DNA of 64,000 nucleotides from Octopus sinensis. Taxonomy: Eukaryota. Every line of letters starts with the position of its first letter. The first letter of the stretch is position 1. Positions 28,732 to 42,266 of this stretch are shown here, in pieces. The stretch covers positions 119,164,001-119,228,000 of the forward strand of contig NC_043000.1 in assembly GCF_006345805.1 (NCBI RefSeq), read 5' to 3'. Under the pieces are notes generated by a model. It searched no databases. It was not told the DNA's origin and saw only the letters and a program-made list of their open reading frames with translations. The translations under genes were made by a program, and so were the position numbers.

Positions 28732-28774
<43 letters not shown>

Positions 28775-29246
28775 CATATATACATACACCTGATAGCTTC
28801 GTCGTTTCTTTACTACTCTGACATGTATAGATGTTTTCAACATTTTTCTCCCTGTAAACACATTTAATGGAATTATGATGCAATGATCCAAGGGAGGTCC
28901 ACTGCTGGGATTTTAGCAAAAACACTGGACTGTCAGTATTTTAAATTCTAAGTTTTTTTCCAAATCGAAAAAGAGAGAAACTTTTAGGATTTAAGAAGGC
29001 GGGTGTTAAAAAAGTGATTTTTAGTTATTAGCTCGTAATTGTATGTATACCCGTCTGTTACTCTTTTACTCTTTTACTTGTTTCAGTCATTTGACTGCGG
29101 CCATGCTGGAGCACCGCCTTTAGTCGACTTATTCTTTGTAAGCCCAGTACTTATTCTATCGGTCTCTTTTGCCGAACCCGTAAGTGACGGGAACGTAAAC
29201 ACACCAGCATCGGTTGTCAAGCAATGCTAGGGGGACAGGCACACAA

Positions 29247-29337
<91 letters not shown>

Positions 29338-30042
29338 CGACATGCTTCTTTCAGTTTCCGTCTACCAAATCCACTCACAATGCATTGGTCGGCCCGTGGC
29401 TATAGCAGAAGACACTTGCCCAAGATGCCACGCAGTGGGACTGAACCCGGAATCATGTGGTTGGTTAGCAAGCTACTTACCACACAGCCACGAACACAAA
29501 TTCGCAAAAAGTTTCTTAAAATTCCAGAAATGGAAACATAGGGTTTATATGGGGTTATTAAACCAGAATTCCGCTCATTTCATACATATATGGTGGTTGT
29601 CTCCTCCTCCTTATGCAGACTTTGACCGCCTCCTGTACCTACTTCTTCGAACCATTATGGCATCTGATGTGGCTTTTTAAACCAGACAAGGCTCTGAAAA
29701 GACACCCACATAGATTTGGACCACCAAGAGCTGCCGATAAGTTCTGGTTTTTGTGGATCTTAAAACGTGGATCTTAGATTCGCATATTTTGTTTGATATT
29801 TATGTCATGCAATAAAAAATTTCAGTTGATTTCTTAAGAACAATAAGAATATATTTCTATTTTTCAATTTATTCAGTTAAGCGTTAAAACATTATAAATT
29901 AAATAGAATGTTATGGAAAAGTTTGATTTAAAACAAAATGTAAAAAAACTCTCACAGAATGGTTAGTTCATGAGAATAAATAAATATTTAAATAGTTCAA
30001 TTGGTAGTCCTTAAATACCCATCACTTAGTTTGTTTTTTTTT

Positions 30043-30995
30043 TCACATGTTTATGTACATTTCCAACTTTTGAATTGAGAGATATTGTTCAATGGGAACT
30101 GGATTCTGAATCCATTGCAAAGCTTGAGACACAGTCACAATCCATACATCTTTATTGCGAGTAACTTCTTTCAGAAATTTCTTCAATGGGTTTAAATTGT
30201 TCATAAGCCATGGTGAATGCAAAAATATACCGAAAGGCGCCTTATTTTTTTTGTAATGGCGATTAAAATTTTCTCTCAAGAATTGTAGAACTTCCATTGG
30301 CTTTTTAGAAACTCTGCATGCATCAGGCATTGAACAAGGACTTCCTCTGCTATTGTACCAACGCGTAAGTGGGACTTCCCATAATCCTGGATATGATTTC
30401 TCTGGACAGAATTTAAGTGTGCAATATTTTTTGTTAACTGGGTAATCAAGTGTAAAGGGCCATGTCGGTACCTCTGCAGTAGAAGTAACCAATCCTGTTA
30501 CCATCGAACTGTCATAAGAAAATCCATATTCGGCCAAAGTTTCGAACTGAGCATCTTTTCCCAATGCAAGAAACGGTGAGCGCATTCCTCGAATATCGTT
30601 TTCGGCAATATTTGCCCTTATACAAAGTTCTTGTTTCATACCAACTATTTCATTGGTATAAACCACACGACTGGCATTCAACCAGTAACTAACGGGAAGT
30701 TTATGCGTTATACTATGAGATGCTATCTCATGTCCATTGTTATATAATTCTTTCACGCTGTTATAATTAGTATAATCGCCGGAAACAAAAAATGTTGATT
30801 TGATAGGACAGCCGTTTGGATTGGTTATGCCAGAATTAAACAATCGTCTGTAATAAGCCATATTAACCTCATCAACTCCGTCGTCAAATGTCAATAGAAT
30901 TATCTGCGGAGTTGCATACGTTGACAGTGAGCCTGGAATTTCAGGACCAGGACATTTACAATTCGGTAACTTGCAATATTCTGGACGACAGGGAC
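30043..30995 (-). CDS. CDA-A2 exon 2: chitin deacetylase catalytic domain (CE4 polysaccharide deacetylase, arthropod/mollusc CDA type)
   Basis: Acceptor TTTTACTTTGCAG| at 30996, phase 1, reading (G)PCRPEYCKLPNCKC...PQIILLTFDDG. Motifs present: NPNGCPI, GHEIASHSITH, RSPFL, YDSS, WPFTLD, YPGLWEVP, APFGIFLH. An extra base near 30095 shifts the last ~15 codons; the corrected end would be PVPLNNISQFKSWKCT* at 30051, giving ~492 aa spliced. Confidence 0.92.
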
Positions 30996-33900
30996 CTGCA
31001 AAGTAAAAACAAAAAAAACATCAAATCAAAAGATGGACTCTATTTTTTAATAAAGGATACGAGCACATATGTCAATAACTCTTATATGGATTGAGACCTA
31101 GAGCCATTGATCTTTTACAATAATAAAATAGAAAATAATAAAATAAATCATGAACAGTTTCAGTAAAAGAAGCATTGGTACGGGGAAGGGGGTAAAAATG
31201 CAACTATGTAAAGAATAGGAGAAATCTGTGGAATCAGAGAAATCTGCACAAAAATTTCATTTGTCGTGGCGAGAAAATAGGGTGTCGATTTTAGAAGGTT
31301 GTTCTTCAACAGAGAACGGATGCAGAATGAGCGGTGCTTTATATACATCGTATCTGCAGGGGCGTTTTTGGAGAAGTATATTTGGAAACCATGAACTGTC
31401 ATTCACGAATCTGATTTCATATAACATGTTTTGCTTATAAAGAAAAATTTCTTGTAAACATAGTTTTCTAGTTATTTAAACCTATTTGGAGTCATCGTTT
31501 CGGTGACATTTTTTATATATGGAAAATATTACAAAAAATACTTTCATTACAAGTTTTCGCTCTCATTGCTTCCGGTGGCTTTAGTTGTACATATTTTAAG
31601 ACCCAAAATTCCGATTTTCAGGGTTTACTTGAGCAAAAGAATATAAAGAGAATTGCTCAAGAAAACAATCTGCCCTCCAATCCGAGAATTGAAGCCATGA
31701 CTTAATGATTATAAGCCCCGAGTCCTAGCAACAAAACCACGCTTTACGAAGGCACATACGGTTTTTGTTTTATTTCAAGATCAAACCAGAATTGCAATCA
31801 ATGAACTAAGTACAAGGTCCTAAACTAATCAAAATTTCATACTGATACCCACTAGAAATCTAAATTGTGCTAAACGAATTAAAATTCCAAATTGATATCC
31901 GTTATCCTGCAAGTTTTACGCGAGGGATTTTAATCTACAATTTTGCAATTGGCAAAAGCACGTCATTAATCCCATCATCTGGCACGGACTTAGGTACTAT
32001 TTACCACTGTGTTAAATGCCAATGTCCATTATTTCGCTTACTCAGAATAAGACTGGATCATTTCTATCTCAGTTTTTCAAATTTTGAGATAAAGTGAACA
32101 TTTTCAAATTTGGTATATAGATATAATTTATAACATTGGATCTGATTTTGTTGATCACATATTCCAGAAAAAGTTTAGAAATATGTTACAGAGGTTTAAA
32201 AGTTGGATAATTTTTACCCAATCAGGAAACAGGATTTGGACGTTGGCATTTTCTGTCTAATAGCTGTCTATCATAATATTACGACTACGAATTTATATTA
32301 CACAAAATGAAAGCGAAACTAAGGTGGAAGTTGTAAAAAGGTTGGAATTTTTAAAATGTTTTAATGAATAAAGTGAACGGTGGAATACGTATTAAACAAT
32401 TTTAAAAAGAAAAAACCTCAATGAAAAGTTTTTTGTGGAAAATTACAAAAAAATAAGTCTGTACTCTATACCATAGTAATAGCTTATTTCATATAAACAA
32501 TACATTTTTTATAGCGAAAAATTCAATATGAAAATTACAATTTTCGTATCACTTGCGCCATAAGCTCGCAAATACGAGTCATAGAACGATGGATCCCATC
32601 GATAGACGTATGCATTCATCAAGCGTGCCCTGACTCCGAGATGGCACCGAATAAAGAAAACGTCATGTCTGGTCTCGCGACACACACCTCCAAAAACTAA
32701 CTGCTCAGGTAGAAAACACCCTTCTTCGGTTGTATTTACATCTTGACTTTTTCGTCTATCTCAACAATTTTCCCAGGGACCACCTATCTGAACTGGGTTG
32801 CAGAGCAGGTCCTCCGTACATAGCTGTTGAAATAAACATGTGTGCAGTTGTTCAGAACGGGACTGAAGTCAATTTCTTGACCCACGAGTAATGGAAAAGC
32901 AGTACAGTCCCAAGAGGAGGAGTGCCACCTTCCAAGTACCGCATCCTTAACTGCATCCTCCTCGATTTTCAATTTCTCTAACATACTCGAAAGATTAGGT
33001 TGCTATTTAGGTTGAAAAGGTTCAGAAAAAACACTCAGTTCAAAATTATGTAAATGCGGTGGTAACGGAACAGCAACCGAAAATACCCATTTCTTAAAAA
33101 GACACACAGGTGACAATGACAAACATTTGATAATACAAACGTTCAGAAGATAGGCACTCGTCAAAGAAAATAGACAGAATAAAATGCACATGGTTGTATT
33201 AGCAGACAATTGCATGGCTTGTTACTGTGGAAACAAACAAATGTGTCTGTGGCGTTCGACTGGCTAAAATTACCCAAAATTTGCAAATTTTATAAGCTAC
33301 TAACTTTTTATTTATTAAATTATAGCAAAAATGGCTTCCAATTCCATAATTAGCATACAAAATTATATCAGTACACCAAATTTTAAAATGATTGGAAGAA
33401 AAACTTTTTAAAAATAGAAAACTGGCAGCAACAGAAAAGATCCCAAACTTCTCGTGGTTTTTAGATGAAAATAACCATGCCTCAGTATCAGAACGATTAA
33501 TTAGACAAATAAAAACATTTTTAAAAATCATTTCAGCATCTTTTACCATAAATGGATAAGATTTTGAAGTTTGGGAATAGAAGCTCCGTCAAAGTCTCAT
33601 GCCACGCAGAAAGGAAAATGGATAAAATTTTTCTTACATTTTTTTTTTTTTAGTATTTCTGTATTTCATACAACAATAATTACGATTCTGCAAATTCCTT
33701 TCCCCAAAATTTCAATCTCCCACAATTTTTTACCTTCTCTACTCTTTACCTTCCCCATAAGGTATGGAAATTCGAGGAATTGCTTTTCTAAAATTCCGCC
33801 AAGAGTTTTAAATAGTGAACTCGTTAGAAATAACATGTTACGTTTGATTACAATGTTACGTATGCTTGACATAATATATTGCTTAAATTTTCATTCCAAA

Positions 33901-34823
33901 TGAATAACTTCAATACTTCGACGTTTTCACAAAACTCATAGCTACATATCTAACTCGTATCTAAAATCTACATGTCTACAAATCGAGCTTGTATCTAAAA
34001 TAATCTATTTAACATATATATGTTTCTTTATTACCCACAAGGGGCTAAACACAGAGGGGACAAAGAAGGACAGACAAACGGATTAAGTCGATTACATCGA
34101 CCCCAGTGCGTAACTGGTACTTAATTTATCGACCCCGAAAGGATGAAAGGCAAAGTCGACCTCGGTGGAATTTGAACTCAGAACGTAACGGCAGACGAAA
34201 TACGGCTACGCATTTCGCCCGGCGTGCTAACGTTTCTGCCATCTCGCCGCCCTAAAATATGTTTCTTTACTACTCACAAGGGGCTAAACACAGAGAGGGC
34301 AAACAAGGACGGACAAATGGATTAAGTCGATTACATCGACCTCAGTGCGTAACTGGTACTTAATTTACGTTCTGAGTTCAAATTAAGTACCAGTTACGCA
34401 CTTCGCCCGACGGCTACGCATTTCGCCCGACGTGCTAACGTTTCTGCCAGCTCGCCGCCTTTCTATTTAACATGTATACAAGATCGTTAACAGGTGGAGA
34501 ATTATAATTTGAACAGTAAACTCATTAATGCTTTGTACCATTTAATATTTTAAAGAAAGGTCGTTTGTAAGATGCAAAATGCTTACATAAAACAATATAT
34601 AATTGCTTGGAGTAAGAAATATTCTAAGCTTAAAAGGTAAGAGAAAGAACAGCAGTTTTGAATAAATACCAAATTCAGAGTGTTGTAAACTGGATTATAT
34701 ATAACTCTAGTTCGACAATCAGAGATCACTTATTTCTTATTGAGTTACTACTGTGGCAAGAGATAAAAACTTCACTGAAAGAAGAGATTTGGTACATAAA
34801 ATTCTTGAAAATATATTACTCAC

Positions 34824-35358
34824 CAGTGAGTTGGGGTTTCTTGGTAGTTTGAGGATGAGTTGATGGTTTCTTGGTAGTTTGAGGATGAGTTGATGGTTTC
34901 TTTGTAGTTTGAGGATGAGTTGATGGTTTAGAAGTAGTTTGAGGATGAGTTGATGGTTTAGAAGTAGTGGTTGACAAAATTTTACTTAGTAATGAACTTC
35001 GCTTGAAAGTAACTCTGTGAGTGGTAACTACAGATTTTGTAGGTGGTTTGGCAGTAGCTCCAACATCATTGGTGGTTTTTGACTGATCTCTCTGTGATTT
35101 GCAATGGTCAACGCCTGGCCAGACACAGACTTTAAGGCTTGGATTGAATGCTAGTCCTTTACCACAATTTTTCAATATACCGTGTTTAGGTCCTGTACAA
35201 TGATAGAATTTGGAATCGTCTGTTTCATGGCACTTATAGTCACCGGTTTCTGTACAGCTTTCCTGAGAATATGATGGAATAATAAATAAAACATGGAGCA
35301 AAATTAATGACAGCCAAAATGTGTGTTGGCGTCTCTGGTAAAAACCTTGAAAGCCCAT
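34824..35358 (-). CDS. CDA-A2 exon 1: signal peptide + CBM14 (peritrophin-A/ChtBD2) + Thr/Ser/Pro-rich linker
   Basis: ORF 34816..35358 starts with ATG, has a hydrophobic stretch (FWLSLILLHVLFIIPSYS), six Cys with FYHC..C..GL.FNP.LKVC.WP..C, and 10-aa TT(S/K)KPSTHPQ repeats. It ends at a G|GTGAGT donor after 535 nt (phase 1). Confidence 0.88.
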
Positions 35359-35869
35359 TTCGATGAACTATTTGTCAATATAAATGTATATATATATATT
35401 GATTAAAGTGTTAAGCAGAAAGTCTGAAACTTAGGCTGCGACTGAAATTGTTTGATTTCTTCATCGCTTTTAAACACTTTGTAGCGTAAAACAAACCACA
35501 ATGGCTATTAACGGGGAAGCGGGGGGAAACAGGTATTAATAACCAGTCAGGAAGTTTCGCCCACCATTTTCTCTCACGGTCAGTGCAGAGAAGAGCCCTG
35601 TTGTAAAGAAAGATAGAGAGCAGGTGAGAGAGAGAAAGGAAGAGTGAGAGAGAGTGAAAAGGAGAGAGAAAGAGAGAGAGAGCAGGTTTGTGACAGATTT
35701 TTTTCTATTTTTGAGAAGAGAATTGCTTGAGAGTGTAAGGTAGAGTGCAATGTCATGCTTCACAAAGACGTTTTAATTACAGAAACTACTTCTCAAAATT
35801 AGTATCTTAGTATCCTCTATACCAGTGATTACCAAAATTTTTCAGTACTAAGGACCCTCTTTTATTTGA

Positions 35870-36780
35870 ATGAGTTTTCCAACGGACCCAAGGATATTGA
35901 AAGGTTTCTCAGCTTAACGTGTTTACAGATCCCTAGTAACACCTTTGCGAACAACCCACATATACGATATTCTCGGGCACTGCACAATCGCATGCAGAAC
36001 GGTTTCGTCGTTTTTCCCGCACTATGGGCACGTGAGCAGGCAAGAAGCACTATGCCTTGCGAGTTTATCGCGACTGGTAAAGCCCCTCGGCAACATTGCC
36101 AAGCCAGAGACCTTTATAAATTATCCAAATGCCCCGGCTCGAATGCCCTTCTGAACAGGCCGGCGAGTTGAGCATCGTCGAGGCCCAGGGTCTTCCCCAG
36201 GACGTTGTCGCACTGGCCCTCTACCAACCCTCTATAGAAGAATGAAGTAGAACCCTCGACGCTGGCATTACCCGTGTAAGAGAGGAGCACGAGAGCCTGA
36301 CGGCACTCGGTTTGCCATGCTCCTAATCTTGGTCTACGCTTGATCCGCAGTTCCAGTTCATCGAAACTAGTAAACCTCGGAAGCATCAGTTTAACGAGCG
36401 GAGACCACACCTGCTCACTATCCAGATAGAGTCACAGATGCCTCAATTTCGGCGCATGTCTGCGCGACAACCAAGGCATCCCTAGCCCACCCTTTAGCAG
36501 GTGTTAGCAGTAGATAGAGCGCCTTGCAAACGGACCACTGCCCCTCTACAAAAAGCGGAAGAGCAAGCGCTCCAGCTTTCTTAACCACGAAGCGAGACAA
36601 GGGACGACGGTTATGTGGTAGGTAATCACAGATGTGATAAATACATTCGCGACCTCCGCCCTCTCTTTCAGAGATAGCCACCACTCGGACTAGGTCCGAG
36701 TTAGGCGGGTCATCCTGTTCGCCACCTTGCTCCAGTTCTTCTCTATCTGGATATCCGGTCCAAACCAGACCCCTAGCCAA
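35870..36780 (-). mobile_element. Tx1/L1-clade LINE remnant (post-RT region + zf-RVT Zn finger)
   Basis: VWTGYPD..., then LDN.*RSLAWQCCRGALPV.DKL.RH...TCP*CGKNDETVLHAIVQCP; its last ~130 bp are also present at the end of duplication copy 1. Confidence 0.7.
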
Positions 36781-36789
36781 CCTCTCTTA

Positions 36790-37460
36790 TTCCGAGGATT
36801 GAATGCTGGATCTGGCGCAGTAATGCACCAACACCGGCAATTGAAGTACCCAATTCAGCATCCTGCATCCCATGACTCGAGAATACTGTTCCGAGATACT
36901 TAAACTTCTTTATTTACCTCGGTATGTTCCGTTAACAAGCAGATTGCACTAGAAAAACTCCCTTGAGAGATCCATCATCTCAGCCTTCAGAACACCAAAC
37001 TTCATCCCTGCCTTACATCACTCGGAAGCGAACTATTTTTAATGCGCGATGTAGATCACATTCTGGTGAGTCAAGTAGCATCATGTTGGCTGGTGAAGGC
37101 CCCCGTCAATATAAATCTATAGTACTTACTTACTTGTGGCGACATTCACCCTGGGCGGGTTGAGTCAGCTTCTTCTACCATGGAAGAAGTTTCGTATGAA
37201 TATGTGGATTTCACAAGCTGTCCCCAGCAATCCCGCATGTAGAGACATCTTGCTTGCCGCAGATTGTCCGCAGACGCAGGGACAGAACGACCGAGGAGCC
37301 GCCGGTTACCGAAACAAGACACTCCGAGGATTTTCACCGTCTGCCGGGTTGTGGCCCTAATACCACTCGGTGTCAGACCAATCCGCCTTGGGTGGCCCTA
37401 TCAGGAACCGAAGTTCCCGACGGCATAGCTCTGACACTACCCATTGCCAGCGTCCCCACC
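36790..37460 (-). mobile_element. Internally deleted RTE-like LINE remnant (putative 5' UTR + late RT motifs)
   Basis: MMLLDSPECDLHRAL...GMKFGVLKAEMMDLSRE...KKFKYLGTVFSS.G.QD resembles RTE RT domains 5-7, preceded by a GC-rich structured segment. Confidence 0.6.
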
Positions 37461-37857
37461 ACAGTGAAGAGGGGATGGACTTTGTAAGTTCATTACAAGT
37501 ATCAGTTAGGGGTATGACGCAAACAAGACCTCCAAAAACTGAGTAAGAAATCACAACTAATTTTGACAAAGTACAAACAGTGTATAATTGTAAGTTTTAC
37601 TCTTTAACGTTGTGATATTTCGTGGCAAAAACTACTTCCTAGTTTCACATGAAAATTAATTCTATGTGTGAGCTGCTCACAGTAAGTTATATCAAAATCT
37701 GTCTTTCTCGTGAATGTCATTAATTCTAAATATAGTTTATGATAATAAAGGAATAGGAATCCTTTAACAGGTTCTAAATTCTATGTATAAGTACGATGGG
37801 CATTTTTTTTTTTATTTTGCTATTGATTGGCTTTGCATTATATTGTTTTATTTGAAA

Positions 37858-38510
37858 GGCGGCGAGCTGGCAGAAACGTTAGCACGCCGGGCGAAATGCG
37901 TAGCCGTATTTCGTCTGCCGTTACGTTCTGAGTTCAAATTCCGCCGAGGTAAACTTTGCCTTTCATCCTTTCGGGGTCGATTAAATAAAGTACCAGTTAC
38001 GCACTGGGGTCGGTGTAATCGACTTAATCCGTTTGTCAGTCCTTGTTTGTCCCCTCTGTATTTAGCTCCTTGTGGGTAGTAAAGAAATAGGTATTTCGTC
38101 TGCCGTTACGTTCTGAGTTCAAATTCCGCCGAGGTCGACTTTGCCTTTCATCCTTTTGGGGTCGATAAAGTAAGTACCAGTTACACACTGGGGTCGATGT
38201 AATCGACTTAATCCTTTTGTCTGTCCTTGTTTGTCCCCTCTATGTTTAGCCCCTTGTGGGCAGTAAAGAAATATATATTGTTTTATTTGAAATCAATCCC
38301 CTCTGTGTTTAGCCCATTGTCGGTAGTAAAGAAATAGGTATTTCGTCTGCCACTACGTTCTGAGTTCAAATTCCGCCGAGATCAGCTTTGCCTTTCACCC
38401 TTTCGGGGTTGATAAAGTAAGTACTAGTTACGCATTGAGGTCGCTTAATCCCTTTGTCTGTCCTTGCTTGTCCCCTCTATATTTAGCCCCTTGTGGGTAA
38501 TAAAGAAATA
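37858..38510 (+). mobile_element. SINE family A trimer
   Basis: Three head-to-tail cores; TATATTGTTTT(T)ATTTGAAA on the left flank recurs at ~38272 and ~38510. Confidence 0.88.
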
Positions 38511-38659
38511 TATATTGTTTTATTTGAAATCAACGCAATGAAAATGTCAAACATACTATGTAAAACTAAAGATTCGCGGGTTGTGAGTTCAAATTTAAAC
38601 AAGTTTTAATTGTGTTTTTAGATATGACAATCAATTCTGTATTGCTCTAGATTGTCTCA

Positions 38660-39194
38660 AAGTGGACAATACCAAGCGTGTGGCACTAAATAAAGTTGTG
38701 TGTGACCCCCTTCGATCATGGATGACCATGGGATTGCACCTAGAAAGTTACACTCCGAGGCACAAGTATGGGCAAGGTTGTTTATGGAAGACCAATAGTC
38801 GCCCATGCATACCAGCCTCCCCTCTCCACGCCACCGATGTTATCCAAGGGAAAGGCAAAGGGGCCGATACATCTCAGTGACGTCGCAGCTCATTTATTAA
38901 CGTGCAAGTGGCCGAGCACTCCACAGACACGTGTACCCTTAACGTAGTTCTCGGGGAGATTCAGCGTGACACAGAATGTGACAAGGCTAGCCCTTTGAAA
39001 TACAGGTAAAACAGAAACAGGAAGAAAGAGTGAGAGAAATTTGTGGTGAAAGAGTACAGCAGGGTTCACCACCACCCTACCCGCGCCGGAGCCTCGTGGA
39101 GCTTTAGGTGTTTTTGCTCAGTAAACACAATGCCCGGTCTGGGAATCGAAACCGCGAGTCCGCTGCCCTAACCACTGGGCCATTGTGCCTCCAC
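38660..39194 (-). mobile_element. SINE family C long copy
   Basis: Same head as 12787 plus a longer 3' tail. Confidence 0.8.
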
Positions 39195-39614
39195 ACTAAA
39201 TAAAGTTATCCGCCACGAAATAGCACAGTAACACGAAAGCGGTACATCTCAATGAGCCCTTTTGAAAACGTGAGTTATGTTCGGATCCTGTGTGGCTCTG
39301 TGATCTGTAACTGAACTAACGCCACTGGGTTTCTACTATCAAGTAGAAACTGATCTCAGAATTACAGATCAGCAAAACACTCATCAATTACACAGTGCTG
39401 CCACCACTTCCATCAGTGACTCACCGACCTATGCAACACCTTCTTAATGTGATTATATGTATTTGGCTATTAATGCAGCAAAGCTGACAGAGGCATATAT
39501 AATTCATGCCTCTTCGGCGAATAATTTTAGTGAAAGGTTACCGAAATTTGCGGTAGAGTTACAACTCTTTCTGTTCAGTGATACCAACGATGTCGTATAG
39601 AGAAAAATGATAAT

Positions 39615-39826
39615 AATAATCCTTTCTACTCAAGGCTTGAAATTTGGGGGGAGGGAGCCAGTCGATTAGATTGACCCAGTACGCAGCTGGTACTTTATTT
39701 ACTGACCCCGAAAGGATGAAAGGCAAAGTCGACCTCGGTGGAATTTGAACTCAGAACGTAGCGACGGGTGAAATAGCGCTGTATATTTTGATCGGCGAGC
39801 TAACTATTCTGCCAGCTCGCCGCCTT
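39615..39826 (-). mobile_element. SINE family A copy
   Basis: Reverse complement of the family A core and head. Confidence 0.8.
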
Positions 39827-39949
39827 AATAGGAAGAAAAATAATGGTTGCAAGACCTCATCGTCCTAAGATACAGGCCATATTTTACCCATGTGGATCAA
39901 TTAGAGATCCTTGTTTCTGTTGTATTTTTTCCCTTTTCAAGCCTAGCCA

Positions 39950-40234
39950 GGCTCATGGGCCCGGTTTCCTGGTTTCTGTGGCGTATGTGTTCCCCCTCCC
40001 CAGGTGGACGGGACGCCAGTCCTTCGCAGCGTTACTCAAGATACAGGAATAAATAGTGAGAGAAATTTGGGGCGAAAGAGTGCAACAGGGATCGCCACTA
40101 CCCGCTGCCGGAGCCTCGTGGAGCTTTAGGTGTCTTCGCTCAAAAAACACACACAACGCTCTGTCTGGGAATCGAAACCGCGATCCTCCGACGGCGAGTC
40201 CGCTGCCCTAACCACTGGGCCATTGCGCCTCCAC
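39950..40234 (-). mobile_element. SINE family C copy; further copies at ~41930-42126, ~44545-44803 and ~51480-51770
   Basis: GGAGCCTCGTGGAGCTTTAGGTG...GGGAATCGAAACCGCG...CCATTGCGCCTCCAC. Confidence 0.8.
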
Positions 40235-41562
40235 TGCTTCTGTTGTTACAAAATATTCCATAGTTGCATGACGTATTCTCTAAACAGACATTATTCCATA
40301 TATTTAGTAAGTGCAGAATGGTTAATTTCACCAAATAGAAAATTTTAACACAGATTTAGATTACGCCCTAGATGAAATCCTACCCTGGTTCAAAACAATG
40401 TTTTTGATATTTTAAGGGAAAACATAAAACGATTGGTATAAGAGTGATACGAAATTATTAACCTGGCAAGCTCATACTTCGTGAGTGTTTCATAAAACAA
40501 GTATGAGACGTGTTGGCACAGCCGTTTTGGCGTCGCTGATTCGCCGATAATTTATAACTTATTTGATTTTCTACTCTTTCTCTAATCCTCTCCCTTCTCT
40601 CCCTTCTCTACTTCTCTCCCTTCTCTCCTTCTCTCTACCCCTCTCCCTCTCTATCTTTCATTCCTAATTTTCTACTATTTCTCTAGTCCTCTCCCTTCTT
40701 CTCCCCTTCTCTCTACCCCTCTCCCTCTCTATCTTTCATTCTTTCTATCTTTGTGTATATTTCTGCGCAAACGTGCATATGAGTGTATGTTTGCATCCAG
40801 TACCAAAATGTACTGTCGCCATAACAGACTGAATTTCCAGTCAGCTATGACAAGCCATCAGCGCCTAAACAGCCGCGCCAAATCGTCTCATTCCGTTCAT
40901 AAAGTGTTTGGATATCCCAACCCAGCTATTCATTGATAGTGAAATTATACATTTGCTTTTATCTTTTATCTTTACCTATCTCAGTCATTATTCTGCGGCC
41001 ATGCTAGGGCACCGCATTGAAGGTTTTTAATCGAGCTAATCAACAACAGTATTTTTTTTTTTTTAAGCCTGTTATTTATTCTAGCAGTCTCTTTTGCCGA
41101 ACCGCTAATTTACGGGAACGTAAATGAACCAGCATCGGTTATCAAGCGGTGAGAAAAGTGTCTGTCTTCCGTCATTTCGGTTTCGCCCACCATACAACTT
41201 CATTCACCACAGCCATTACATAAAGGAAAACCTGTCTGCCCTTCCTGGTCAAAAGAGAGGCAGCGGCGTGGTCTTCACAATGGCAGCAGCCGATATCCGG
41301 ATCTGACCAACAGTGATGGCATCTGGAACAGGGAAATGTGTTTTCCTGTGTCAATGTTTGTGCATGCCGGCGAGAGTGGGGGAGAGAGAGTAAATGCAAG
41401 TGGGGAGGTAAGACGCTGGATTTGGGACTATCCACTTGGTGGTGGGTATTTTCATCTAATCGTTATGAATGCCGAATTCGATGATGTTGCTGCTACTAGT
41501 GTTACTATGAGGGTGTTGTTTCCAAGGCTTCCGCTGTGGTCTTCTTCTTCTTCTTCTTCTTC

Positions 41563-41626
<64 letters not shown>

Positions 41627-42234
41627 CATTTTTATTATTCCAATCAGGACTCACGCCATTAACCACAAAGAATAATCTCTAATTCGAGCCTACTCTAAGC
41701 TACTAAGAATGCGTGCGGCAAATTGAAGATCCACCCACCACACGCGATAGACAGGCGGTTGCACGGGCGCGAAAGCTATGTTGTTATCTTCATTCCGTAA
41801 ACGGTGGCTTTTAACGGGTGAGTGGAGAGCTGAACCATCCTGGGGTACAGAGGATTCGCAATCTAGACTAGGGTCTGAAAGTTTACCACACCATAGTGGG
41901 TTACACCATGGTTCCTCTGCTTTGTGGAAGAAGTAGGAAGAAAGAGTGAGAGAAAGTTGTGGTGAAAGAATACAGCGGGGTTCACCCCCACCCGACCCCG
42001 CCGGAGCCTCGTGGAGCTTAGGTGTTTTTGCTCAATAAACACTCATAATTCCCGGTCTGGGAATCGAAACCGCGTTCTTACGACCGCGAGTCTGCTGCCC
42101 TAACCACTGAGCCATTGCGCCTCCACTCCGCTGTGGTTGTGAGTGTGGCTGTTGCTAATGCTGATGCAGCTACAGAATTTATTGCTAATGCTCTTTGCAG
42201 CTACTTTCGCTACTGCCTCTGTTGCTACACGTTA

Positions 42235-42266
<32 letters not shown>

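Noticed and set aside
37480-37570. Signal-peptide-like stretch LSKLVVISYSVFGGLVCVIP on the minus strand
   Set aside because: No in-frame ATG, no donor and no downstream catalytic exon.
40585-40745. Imperfectly duplicated CT-rich tract (H-DNA potential)
   Set aside because: Ordinary low-complexity sequence in this repeat-rich context.
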